Shown one piece after another: positions 37,683 to 48,178 of a DNA stretch of 64,000 nucleotides. The position numbers and the translations under genes were made by a program. The DNA is from Candidatus Peribacteria bacterium RIFOXYB1_FULL_54_35. GTDB lineage: Bacteria > Patescibacteriota > Gracilibacteria > Peribacterales > Peribacteraceae. Below the pieces are notes generated by a model. The model did no database searches, was not told the DNA's origin, and was given only the letters and a program-made list of their open reading frames with translations. Location: assembly GCA_001787755.1 (NCBI GenBank), contig MFYJ01000001.1, positions 946-64,945 on the forward strand, given 5' to 3'. Every line of letters begins with the position of its first letter. Position 1 is the stretch's first letter.

Positions 37683-40439
37683 ATGCCTCGTTTTGTTCCT
37701 CCCCACGGGTTTGTTCTCAGCACTCTGGCACTCCTCCTGCTCAGTCATCCTGCACACATCAGTGCACAGAGAGCAGAGGAAATTATTGCCTTGCGGCCAG
37801 GAGGAATTTTCGAGATCTATGCTGACACCGTCACACCTGATCCAAAAATCAGCTGGGTATTCAGCAAAGGAAGCACGTTCGTCCAGGCTGACAGAGGACC
37901 TCTGTTTAGTATCCGTCCAACGGAGGAAGGGGAGTACTTCCTCACGGGGGAAGTTGCTGATGCACAAGACACCCCGCTCCGAAAGCTTTTTAAAATCCAG
38001 ATGCGGGCAGACGCGCCCATCATCTCTCAGTCAGACACGGAAGGCGATACGCTCGTGCGTGTCTCTCCTACGCCGAATGAAACAAACATGTCCATCCTGA
38101 GAGGCGAACAGCGTGTCGTACGACTCGACATCATTCATCCGGATATCGAACAGCTGGCTCTCGACATTAATGCGGAGAAGGACCAAAGCAACGACGGTGA
38201 TCCCTTCAATGACAATATTCTCACGAACAGCGTCTTTAAGTCAGGACGCGGCAGCTTGCACATCTGGCTGACTCCCAGAATGCTGAACCAAACGTTCCTA
38301 TTGGTTGCACGGCTCAAAACTGGAGCGCTGGTTACGCAGAAAATTCAGGTGATCTCAGAAGACTACGAAGAAATACTGAAACAGAAAATAGAGCAGGAAG
38401 AGCAGGCGCGGAGAGACCGTACGACTATCGAATCGAAACTTGTTGGCGAACGGACATACCGACTCTCAGTCGATGCGGAGGATGGAGTGATAACAGAGAC
38501 AGTGTTTCACCATTGGGATTTCGGTGACGGCACCCAAAGTCTGATGGATGAACCGGAACATCAATTTCCCGAATCCCGCATGTACCAGGTGCGCGTTTCA
38601 GTGCGTGACGCCTATACAGGAAAAGAGATCCTTCTGGTACAGAAACCCTTTGAAGTTTCTGAGGGCACCATGCCAGAAATAACAGAACAAACACCTGGGA
38701 AAGAAGCAATGAATCCGGAAGCCGTTCAGGAATCAGCGAAGCAAACGAGCTACATTGTCGCAACAGTAATCAAGGCTCTCGTCATTCTCGCCATCTCGAT
38801 AGGCATTGGGATTCTCGCTGTGTTTCTGTTTGCAAAAATGAAAGGAAAATCCCTGCAGAAGTCGTTCGAAGAGGCTGAAAAGAAACTTGTGAAAGAACCT
38901 GGCACACGTACTCCGCCTCTGCAACTTGAAAAGCAAGAGGAGGAGAAAAAAGAGGAAGAAGACGAGAGGGAAAAGGAGAAAGAAAAAGAAAAGGCCCCGC
39001 TCGAAACCCCGGAGATCAACAGACAGGTCCCGAGCTGGCTTGCACCTTCGCCGCAAATAAGCAAAGCAGGAGAGAAAGGAGGAAAAGCTCCCTTAGATAC
39101 CTCTGTCCCCCCTCCCCCACCTCCTCCTCCTATTGCACAAAAAACTACAACCTCAGAGCACATACCCGGTACGTCGCAATCTGCAGTATCCGGAGGGCAG
39201 GGTGTACCGCAGGCAGCCGCACAGACTCCCACAGGCGGAGCTCCTGTCCCTCCATGGCTTCAGGGAGCAGTGACAACACCTGCAAAAGCTGCGCAACCTC
39301 TTTCTTCGGAGACACCACAAACAAGACCCACCGCCTCAGAACAAAAGACCACACCCACTTCGACAGGAACTGCAACTCCCCCCTGGTTAGTGGGAGCACA
39401 GACTCTTGAGGAACGTCACAAAGGAAGCACTCCCACAGAACCTGCATCTGCATCCCCTGCCACCCCCAAAACAGAACTACCCGCCCCTGCAAAAAATGAA
39501 GCATCTGTTCCACCCTGGCTGCAACAGACGCCAACTCCACCGCCCCCTGCCGCTGCAGAGCAGAAGATGAGAGCCACCACACCTCCTCCTGCACCATCAA
39601 TACAACATGCGGAGAACACTCCTCCATGGCTGCAGGGAGCAGGAGTAAAAACCACCACTCCTGCAACAAACACCCCCAGAAACCAAGGTGGGACGAGCGC
39701 AACAGGTAATATCTCAGCACAAAAAAATCAGACTGGCGCAAATACAGGAAGCACATCCCAACCCCCACTCCCTCCAACAACAAACCAAACCAGTGACGCA
39801 ATACAAGTGCAGCAAGCAGCAGATAGTGCAGCAGCAGAAAGCACACACTCGAAAGAAGAACGCGAACGGGAGCGCAAGCGCCGCAAACGTCAGCGGTACC
39901 GCGCGAACAAGCGCACACGAGAGCAAGAGGGGGAACAGACACAAGTACAGGCTGCACCTGCACCCACGGAATCCCCCGCAGTAAAGGATGCTCCCCCGCC
40001 GAAGAAGGAAACGCAGACACCACCATGGCTGCAGCACACACCTCCTTCTTCGAAACAAACACAGGAAACAATACCGCCACCGTCACCTCCCGCACCCCCC
40101 GCGCAGAGAGAGAATGCATCTGTCCCCCCCTGGCTGCAGGGAGTGCAGGCACAGAGCACTCAGAAACCACCTGCTAATTTCCCTCCGTCTGAGACCCCTC
40201 CTGCAACCAAGTCCACTCCTCTCCCACCTCCACCTCCCCAGGGAAATGCCCCCATTCCTGAATGGCTCAAGGGAACGAGCGCACCAACACCCCCTCCTCC
40301 GACTCAGCAACCAATACAACAAACCGGAAGTGATGATGATGTGAAGTTCGTGATCAGTGCGGACAGCGTGGAGGGGCAGCCTCCCCAGCCACATACACCG
40401 GGAGATGCGATTCCGCCTGCAGAGAAACAGGGAGAATAG
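37683..40439 (+). CDS. PKD-domain membrane protein with long Pro/Thr/Gln-rich tail
   Basis: Signal peptide, WDFGDG PKD motif, single TM, low-complexity tail with 8 PxWL motifs. Confidence 0.85.
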   Translation: MPRFVPPHGFVLSTLALLLLSHPAHISAQRAEEIIALRPGGIFEIYADTVTPDPKISWVFSKGSTFVQADRGPLFSIRPTEEGEYFLTGEVADAQDTPLRKLFKIQMRADAPIISQSDTEGDTLVRVSPTPNETNMSILRGEQRVVRLDIIHPDIEQLALDINAEKDQSNDGDPFNDNILTNSVFKSGRGSLHIWLTPRMLNQTFLLVARLKTGALVTQKIQVISEDYEEILKQKIEQEEQARRDRTTIESKLVGERTYRLSVDAEDGVITETVFHHWDFGDGTQSLMDEPEHQFPESRMYQVRVSVRDAYTGKEILLVQKPFEVSEGTMPEITEQTPGKEAMNPEAVQESAKQTSYIVATVIKALVILAISIGIGILAVFLFAKMKGKSLQKSFEEAEKKLVKEPGTRTPPLQLEKQEEEKKEEEDEREKEKEKEKAPLETPEINRQVPSWLAPSPQISKAGEKGGKAPLDTSVPPPPPPPPIAQKTTTSEHIPGTSQSAVSGGQGVPQAAAQTPTGGAPVPPWLQGAVTTPAKAAQPLSSETPQTRPTASEQKTTPTSTGTATPPWLVGAQTLEERHKGSTPTEPASASPATPKTELPAPAKNEASVPPWLQQTPTPPPPAAAEQKMRATTPPPAPSIQHAENTPPWLQGAGVKTTTPATNTPRNQGGTSATGNISAQKNQTGANTGSTSQPPLPPTTNQTSDAIQVQQAADSAAAESTHSKEERERERKRRKRQRYRANKRTREQEGEQTQVQAAPAPTESPAVKDAPPPKKETQTPPWLQHTPPSSKQTQETIPPPSPPAPPAQRENASVPPWLQGVQAQSTQKPPANFPPSETPPATKSTPLPPPPPQGNAPIPEWLKGTSAPTPPPPTQQPIQQTGSDDDVKFVISADSVEGQPPQPHTPGDAIPPAEKQGE

Positions 40440-40484
40440 TTGGCAGAGCGGTGTGTTGCATTTACTATTGCGCCCGCTACAACG

Positions 40485-40505
40485 TGGCGAGCTTAGCTCA
40501 GTTGG
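40485..40505 (+). repeat. duplicate of tRNA-His 5' end
   Basis: tggcgagcttagctcagttgg identical to 40579-40599. Confidence 0.9.
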
Positions 40506-40579
40506 CCTAGTCCCGCGCAGCGGGACGTGATAAAAAGAGGCCGCTCGGTGAAAATCGCCACAATCTCTTTCACACTTAT

Positions 40580-40657
40580 GGCGAGCTTAGCTCAGTTGGT
40601 TAGAGCGGATGGTTGTGGTCCATCAGGTCAAGGGTTCGATCCCCTTAGCTCGCCCCA
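40580..40657 (+). tRNA. tRNA-His (GTG)
   Basis: G-1:C73, acceptor GCGAGCT/AGCTCGC, anticodon arm GATGG-TTGTGGT-CCATC, T arm AAGGG-TTCGATC-CCCTT, CCA. Confidence 0.97.
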
Positions 40658-41082
40658 TCCGTCTTCGCGGTGTGAGGGCTACGAAGTTCCGTTCGTTGTT
40701 CCCGTAATGATCATAGCGATACCGCTTCGACGCGATTGGGGCTTGTGTTATAGTTCGACACTATGCATTACGTCTACATTCTCGAGTCTGCACTCGATGG
40801 CAGGCACTGGTACATCGGCGTAACAAGCAACCTACAGAAACGCCTGGAAGAACATAATGCGGGTGATTCTCTGCACACGAACAAATTCAAACCATGGAAA
40901 CTGAAGAGCTACACAGCCTTTACTACACGAGAACAAGCTGAAAAATTTGAGCGGTACCTGAAATCCAATTCAGGACGCGTGTTCGCAAAAAGGCACTTGT
41001 GAGCCGCGGCGTAGCGGTATCGCAAAGCTGGACCCAAGAATGATGGCATACGCATCAAATGCCCTCACGCCGCGAAGCCGGG
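40658..41082 (+). mobile_element. GIY-YIG cassette bounded by nested inverted repeats
   Basis: Outer IR 40658-40679/41061-41082 (19/22); inner IR 40716-40734/41005-41023 (17/19); flanked by 21-bp direct repeats. Confidence 0.7.
40763..41002 (+). CDS. small GIY-YIG nuclease (UPF0213/SLX1-like), 79 aa
   Basis: MHYVYIL...WYIGVT.NL.KRL.EHN.G...FERYLKS; extended -10 TGtTATAGT 8 nt upstream. Confidence 0.93.
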   Translation: MHYVYILESALDGRHWYIGVTSNLQKRLEEHNAGDSLHTNKFKPWKLKSYTAFTTREQAEKFERYLKSNSGRVFAKRHL

Positions 41083-41103
41083 CGATCCCCTTAGCTCGCC
41101 CCA
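41083..41103 (+). repeat. duplicate of tRNA-His 3' end
   Basis: cgatccccttagctcgcccca identical to 40637-40657. Confidence 0.92.
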
Positions 41104-41165
41104 GTCACTCTCAATGTAAATTTTACTTGTGGTGCACTCATCCATCACTATAATGCACCAAACTC

Positions 41166-42209
41166 ATGGCACTGGACGCTTTCAGATACGAGGGTTCCGG
41201 AACACACGCAGATGGCTTCCATCTCGGCATTTTCAATGGTGAAAGAACGGAGGGGGAAAACCCCCGGAAGAACCGGAACGACTGGGTACATGCGGAGGAA
41301 GCACACCGCCTGCACGCAATGGGCACGAGAGAACCCCCGCAGAGCATCTTGGATGCCATGCACCACTACGGGCCGGATCTCGATGCGGCAGGAGACAGCC
41401 GCGTGCGATATTTGATAAGTGAGGAAGACGCTCGAGGTCAGCCGCCAACGCGCTTCACGGAAGCTCTGCAATACTTCACTGAGCAGTCAGCAGAAGACGC
41501 TATCGATGCTCCGCTGGAAATACGGCAGGCAACCAGGCGCAGGCTCGGGATAGATGTCCCTGAGCCTGTAGTGGGTGCGCGTGAGAATCTCGCCCTCTTC
41601 ACTATGACAGGAAGCCCCGCAGACATAGCTCTTGTCTACACCAAACCTGCTCCTGTGGACATCGGGGAGCTCATGGATCTTCCTGCTGCGCAGCGTGTTG
41701 CATACCTAAACGGAATATACCGGAGAAGACTCCTCCTGACTGGAGGTTTCTCTCTCACCGAGGACAGGAATTTCCGGGATGCAATCCTCTCTCTCGCACG
41801 TACCATCAGCAGAGTGCGGGGGACGATCCCCGCCAATGCCCTCACAGACGGAGACGCACTCCGGGAGCTTCTGCTCGATCATTTTGGTACCAGTGAAGAG
41901 CTCATTGCAGCACTGAAGCGTTACCAGCCGGACAGTCCTCTCACCCGCAGCAGACAACCGGACGTGCTCCTTTCCCCCAGGGGAGCCATCGCCAATCCAG
42001 CATTCTTCCCCGATGCGACACTCTCACTCGCAGAATGGGATCTTGATCAGGAAGAAGCCGGCAGACGCGCTTCTGGCGTTCTCTTCGATGTTCTCCAGCA
42101 CAAACTTGAGAACGGAGATTCCAATTTCGGGGGAAACAGACGGGCTCTGGATCTGGAGTACCCACCGCGCGCAGAAGAACATGAAAGGAGGAGAAAGCGG
42201 GCCGCGTAG
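41166..42209 (+). CDS. hypothetical protein
   Basis: 347-aa ORF, TATAAT 11 nt upstream, no recognised motif. Confidence 0.7.
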   Translation: MALDAFRYEGSGTHADGFHLGIFNGERTEGENPRKNRNDWVHAEEAHRLHAMGTREPPQSILDAMHHYGPDLDAAGDSRVRYLISEEDARGQPPTRFTEALQYFTEQSAEDAIDAPLEIRQATRRRLGIDVPEPVVGARENLALFTMTGSPADIALVYTKPAPVDIGELMDLPAAQRVAYLNGIYRRRLLLTGGFSLTEDRNFRDAILSLARTISRVRGTIPANALTDGDALRELLLDHFGTSEELIAALKRYQPDSPLTRSRQPDVLLSPRGAIANPAFFPDATLSLAEWDLDQEEAGRRASGVLFDVLQHKLENGDSNFGGNRRALDLEYPPRAEEHERRRKRAA

Positions 42210-42247
42210 TTGCTCTCTCTCCACGATTCAGGTATTCATTGGCTTCC

Positions 42248-42439
42248 ATGCGAACCTTCCGCGAACGTATCGTGCCTCCCATTGATGGCATCCGCTGCAG
42301 CCAGGAATCAGACGGAGGCTTCACCGTGACGCACGGGCCGGCGACCATCACATTCTCCCCACTCGAGATGGCACAGATAGAGAGAGGACTTGTTTCCACT
42401 GAAGCTGTGCGAGCACTCATTATGGGAGTACTGGGGTAA
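42248..42439 (+). CDS. small hypothetical protein
   Basis: Short ORF following the previous gene. Confidence 0.4.
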   Translation: MRTFRERIVPPIDGIRCSQESDGGFTVTHGPATITFSPLEMAQIERGLVSTEAVRALIMGVLG

Positions 42440-42788
42440 CAGAAGAACTTGAAAAAACACCGGGAGCGCAGCGACAGAGGATGCAATTCCGGCAGAGCCA
42501 ACACATCTCGCTGAATTAGGAATTCCCGTATTGCAGAAAAGACCACGGGGGGAGCACAGCCTTAGTAAGAAGCATGCGCACTGGAAAATACATGAGTTAT
42601 CAAGTACTTGAGCCTTTTCCATTGAGACTCAGTGTGCTAGCGTGGGCTTCACGTGCAAGGAACCGTCTATCGCACTTACACATGTCCGAAGCGCAGTACA
42701 GAACCCCCATCCCTCTTCGTTCATCTCCACTCCGTTCCGCTGAAACTCCGCCGGGATCTCCCCAGTCACTGTCCATCCCATACCCCCC

Positions 42789-44138
42789 ATGACACAATCT
42801 GTGTATCGAACACCGAAAGGCACCCACGACGTCCTCCCGGAAGACCACATCTTCATGACGTACATCAAGAAAGCCGTCCGCCACCGCGCGAGGCAGGCCG
42901 GCTACAAGCGCATAGAGACGCCAATGTTTGAGAACCGCACGATCTTCGAGCGCGGCATTGGTGAGCACACGGACATTGTGGAAAAAGAACTCTTCATGGT
43001 CTCCTCCAAGCACGAAGATGAAGACAATGGCCCGGAGTTCGCCCTGCGTCCCGAGTTCACCGCCAGCATCTGCCGCAGCTATATAGAACATGGCATGCAG
43101 CAGCTCCCGCAACCCGTGGAACTCTATGCCATCGGACCCTGCTTCCGTCATGACCGTCCGCAGAAGGGGCGCTACCGCCAGTTCAACCAGTTCGACTTCG
43201 AGATCATCGGGCTCAAAGACCCCAGCTTGGACGCACAGCTCATCCATGTGCTGAGCAAAATTTTGGATGACCTCAAAATCCTCAAGCGTCTCCGCCTGCA
43301 GATCAACAACATCGGCACCCCCGAGAGCCGCAAAGCGTACCTGGATGCCCTGAAAGACTTCTTCATCGGAAAAGAGCGCAATCTGCCGGCCCTGGACCGC
43401 TCGCGCCTGGAGACCAACCCCTTGCGCCTTCTCGACTCCAAGGAAGAGGATACGCAGATCCTGCTCAAGAGCGCACCGACACTGGACCAGTTCCTGGATG
43501 ACGAGAGCAAGCAGTACCACGAAACCGTGCTGGAGTACCTTGGAGCACTTGGCATCCAGTACGAAGAGAACTCCTCACTTGTACGTGGTCTCGACTACTA
43601 CACACAGACAGTCTTTGAGTACTGGGACGAAACGACAGGCGCACAGAACGCAGTGGGAGGCGGAGGAAGGTACGACCGTCTCATGGAGCTCCTCGGCGGG
43701 AAAGACACGCCGGGCATCGGTTTCGCCTGCGGCATGGAACGCATCGCCTGGCAGATGGCACAGACAGGCGTGAAGCCGCCGAACAAGGACCAGGTGGACG
43801 TGTTCGTCGCCCAGCTCGGACCGGAAGCGAAGAAAACCTGTCTCATGCTCATCTCGCAGCTGCGCGAAAAGGGCGTACACACTATCGGCGCCCTCGGAGA
43901 AGCAAGCCTGAAGAGCCAGATGCGCCTGGCTGACAAGTTTGGCGCCCGCTACACGCTCCTCCTGGGACAGATGGAAGTGAAGGAAGGCGTGATTATTCTC
44001 CGCGACATGGCAGCCGGGAAGCAGAAGCAGATCCCCTTCAAAAATGCCATTCCGGAAGTCACCAAGCTCATCGGGGAAAGGAACCTAGATACCTACACCA
44101 TCAAGGATAAGATTGGGGACACGGTGGATGAGGACTAG
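42789..44138 (+). CDS. hisS: histidine--tRNA ligase
   Basis: PKGTHD, ALRPEFTA, FRHDRPQKGRYRQFNQ, LVRGLDYYT, GGGRYD. Confidence 0.97.
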   Translation: MTQSVYRTPKGTHDVLPEDHIFMTYIKKAVRHRARQAGYKRIETPMFENRTIFERGIGEHTDIVEKELFMVSSKHEDEDNGPEFALRPEFTASICRSYIEHGMQQLPQPVELYAIGPCFRHDRPQKGRYRQFNQFDFEIIGLKDPSLDAQLIHVLSKILDDLKILKRLRLQINNIGTPESRKAYLDALKDFFIGKERNLPALDRSRLETNPLRLLDSKEEDTQILLKSAPTLDQFLDDESKQYHETVLEYLGALGIQYEENSSLVRGLDYYTQTVFEYWDETTGAQNAVGGGGRYDRLMELLGGKDTPGIGFACGMERIAWQMAQTGVKPPNKDQVDVFVAQLGPEAKKTCLMLISQLREKGVHTIGALGEASLKSQMRLADKFGARYTLLLGQMEVKEGVIILRDMAAGKQKQIPFKNAIPEVTKLIGERNLDTYTIKDKIGDTVDED

Positions 44139-44324
44139 AAAAGATGAGAATGGAAAACGGATTCTCATCTCGCGCACCAGCGCCTGCACCTGGCTCTGCA
44201 TCTCCACTGATTCCATAGGAGAAAAACTCAACAAATTTTGCGTATAAGATGCAAAGAAGAATCTTGGAATACAGATTATGCGTATAGGAAGGAGTTATAT
44301 GTTATTCTTCCTCCACCTTCGTCT

Positions 44325-44771
44325 ATGGGGAAAAAGACCAGCACATTCATCTATTGGGCACCAAGGATACTCTCCATTCTCTTCTTATTGTTCTTGGCAG
44401 CGATGTCATTGGATGTTTTCTCCATGGAACTCAATTTCTGGCAAACAGCTGTGGCATTGTTCATGCACAATATTCCCGTACTGATCCTGCTGGTCATCCT
44501 CATATTTTCCTGGAAATACGAAATTGTCGGAGGGGTGGCTTTCATCCTCGCAGGAATTTTCTATATTGCACTGGTTTCGATGACTGCTCTAAAAACAGGT
44601 TTCGAATGGTATTACGTTGCATGGGCTGCGCAGATTTCTGGAGTCGCTTTCTTCATAGGAATACTGTTTCTCATCGGCTGGTCCAAAAAGAAAAGAATGT
44701 TGCAATCCAACCGAACTCACACATCTCCTCCCGAAGGAAAGAACGGAGAGGGAGAGGTTACATCACCCTGA
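44325..44771 (+). CDS. hypothetical membrane protein (about 4 TM)
   Basis: WAPRILSILF...HNIP...WKYEIVGG hydrophobic protein. Confidence 0.75.
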   Translation: MGKKTSTFIYWAPRILSILFLLFLAAMSLDVFSMELNFWQTAVALFMHNIPVLILLVILIFSWKYEIVGGVAFILAGIFYIALVSMTALKTGFEWYYVAWAAQISGVAFFIGILFLIGWSKKKRMLQSNRTHTSPPEGKNGEGEVTSP

Positions 44772-44802
44772 CAATACACATCCCTTCCCCTATACTGCTT
44801 CT

Positions 44803-45495
44803 GTGAAAAAATTTCTTGCCGGAATTATTGTCGGCCTGGCCCTGGTTCCTATGGGCATGCAGGCAGCCATCACTCTCTTTCATGATGTGAGCGCGGATGA
44901 TTGGTTTGGGCCGGCAGTCAGCAGACTGAGAGAACATGGAATCGTGAACGGATACCAGGATGGCACTTTTCAACCGCACCGAGAGGTTTCCCGTGCCGAG
45001 CTTGCAGTAATCATTGACCGTGTGTTGAGTACAGTCGATCCAGAATACGCTGCTCAATCGGCAGAGAATCTGGTGGAAATTACTCTGTATTTCACTGACC
45101 GCGACGTCGCGATAGAAAGAGATTGCAGCGCAACCAAAGCTGTGCGGAGGATGATTCCCCAGACAACCGCAATTGCAGACGCTGCTCTCCGGGAACTGCT
45201 GGCTGGAGTGACTCCTGATGAGGAAACAACGGGTGTCACTGATAGTTTCAGCAATGAGACAGGATACCTTGGAGCAGGTATCGGCCCCCTCATCAGTTAT
45301 TACGAAGGTGTCAGCATCAGCGATGGAATTGCCACAGTTGCATTCACCGGGCAGGCAATGGCCTATCTCAACAGCGCAGCTTGCTCGCAGCAATCGGTGA
45401 AAAGCCCCATAGTACAAACCCTGCGGCAGTTCCCCTCCGTCTCGGATGTGCAATTTTCAGTCGGAGGGAGAGTGGTTACGGAGTGGGATGCGTAA
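44803..45495 (+). CDS. SLH + GerMN-like domain secreted protein
   Basis: FHDVSADDWF...GIVNGYQDGTFQP...SRAE (SLH); ALRELLAG...TLRQFPSVSDVQFSVGG. Confidence 0.85.
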   Translation: MKKFLAGIIVGLALVPMGMQAAITLFHDVSADDWFGPAVSRLREHGIVNGYQDGTFQPHREVSRAELAVIIDRVLSTVDPEYAAQSAENLVEITLYFTDRDVAIERDCSATKAVRRMIPQTTAIADAALRELLAGVTPDEETTGVTDSFSNETGYLGAGIGPLISYYEGVSISDGIATVAFTGQAMAYLNSAACSQQSVKSPIVQTLRQFPSVSDVQFSVGGRVVTEWDA

Positions 45496-45555
45496 TCAAC
45501 CCTGGTACGCGCCATCCGACGACGCTCAGGACACACCCAGCTATAGCTCAGGGAC

Positions 45556-47601
<2,046 letters not shown>

Positions 47602-47849
47602 TTAGAGACATTCACCTTCTGAATCAACGGATGGGTACGGCCTTTTACGCTATTTTCGGAAGTTTTTTTGCATATGGAAAGGACACTTTCCATGGAAACA
47701 CGCTCGCCACTGGTTGCTTTTCGAACAACAAACGAAAAAAGATGAATTGAAAATGGCAAATACAGCCCAAAAAACCACATATTCCTTGCGCAGAAACCAC
47801 CGCTTCTCTACCCTGTGCGGGCACTCACATTTTTGTTTCACTCTGAAAA

Positions 47850-48065
47850 ATGGCAATCCACGCACACAAGAAAGGTGAAGAGAGCAACGACGGACTGCAG
47901 CAGCGCTTCAAGCGCCAGGTCCAGAAAACAGGGCTCATGAAAACTCTCCGTTCCCGCACCTCACTCTCAAGAAAACCCAACAAGCGCATGATGCGTTTGC
48001 GCGCCCTGAAGCGTGAAGAGCACCGTGCACAGAACAGGAAGAAGCAGTTTTACTCCAATATGTAG
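47850..48065 (+). CDS. rpsU: 30S ribosomal protein S21
   Basis: Small basic protein, ESNDGLQQRFKRQV..TG...KP. Confidence 0.75.
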   Translation: MAIHAHKKGEESNDGLQQRFKRQVQKTGLMKTLRSRTSLSRKPNKRMMRLRALKREEHRAQNRKKQFYSNM

Positions 48066-48099
48066 AAGGAACGACTGACGGAGGAGACTATTCCCGAGA

Positions 48100-48177
48100 A
48101 GAATACTAGAGTAATAGAATACTAGGACAGCAGTGCGGCTGTCCTATTACTCTAGTATTCTCATTCCTATTACTCTT
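48100..48177. repeat. 8-nt periodic palindrome between convergent genes (possible terminator)
   Basis: gaatacta gagtaata gaatacta ggacagc...gctgtcc tattactc tagtattc. Confidence 0.75.
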
Positions 48178-48178
48178 C

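Noticed and set aside
40485-40657. Group I intron or split tRNA-His
   Set aside because: The tRNA at 40580-40657 is complete and uninterrupted; the 74-nt spacer is too short for a group I core; the stubs lack an anticodon arm.
44140-44216. Minus-strand ATG-initiated fragment (MESVEMQSQVQALVREMR) after hisS
   Set aside because: Runs antisense into hisS with no recognisable homology; cannot be supported as a gene or pseudogene.
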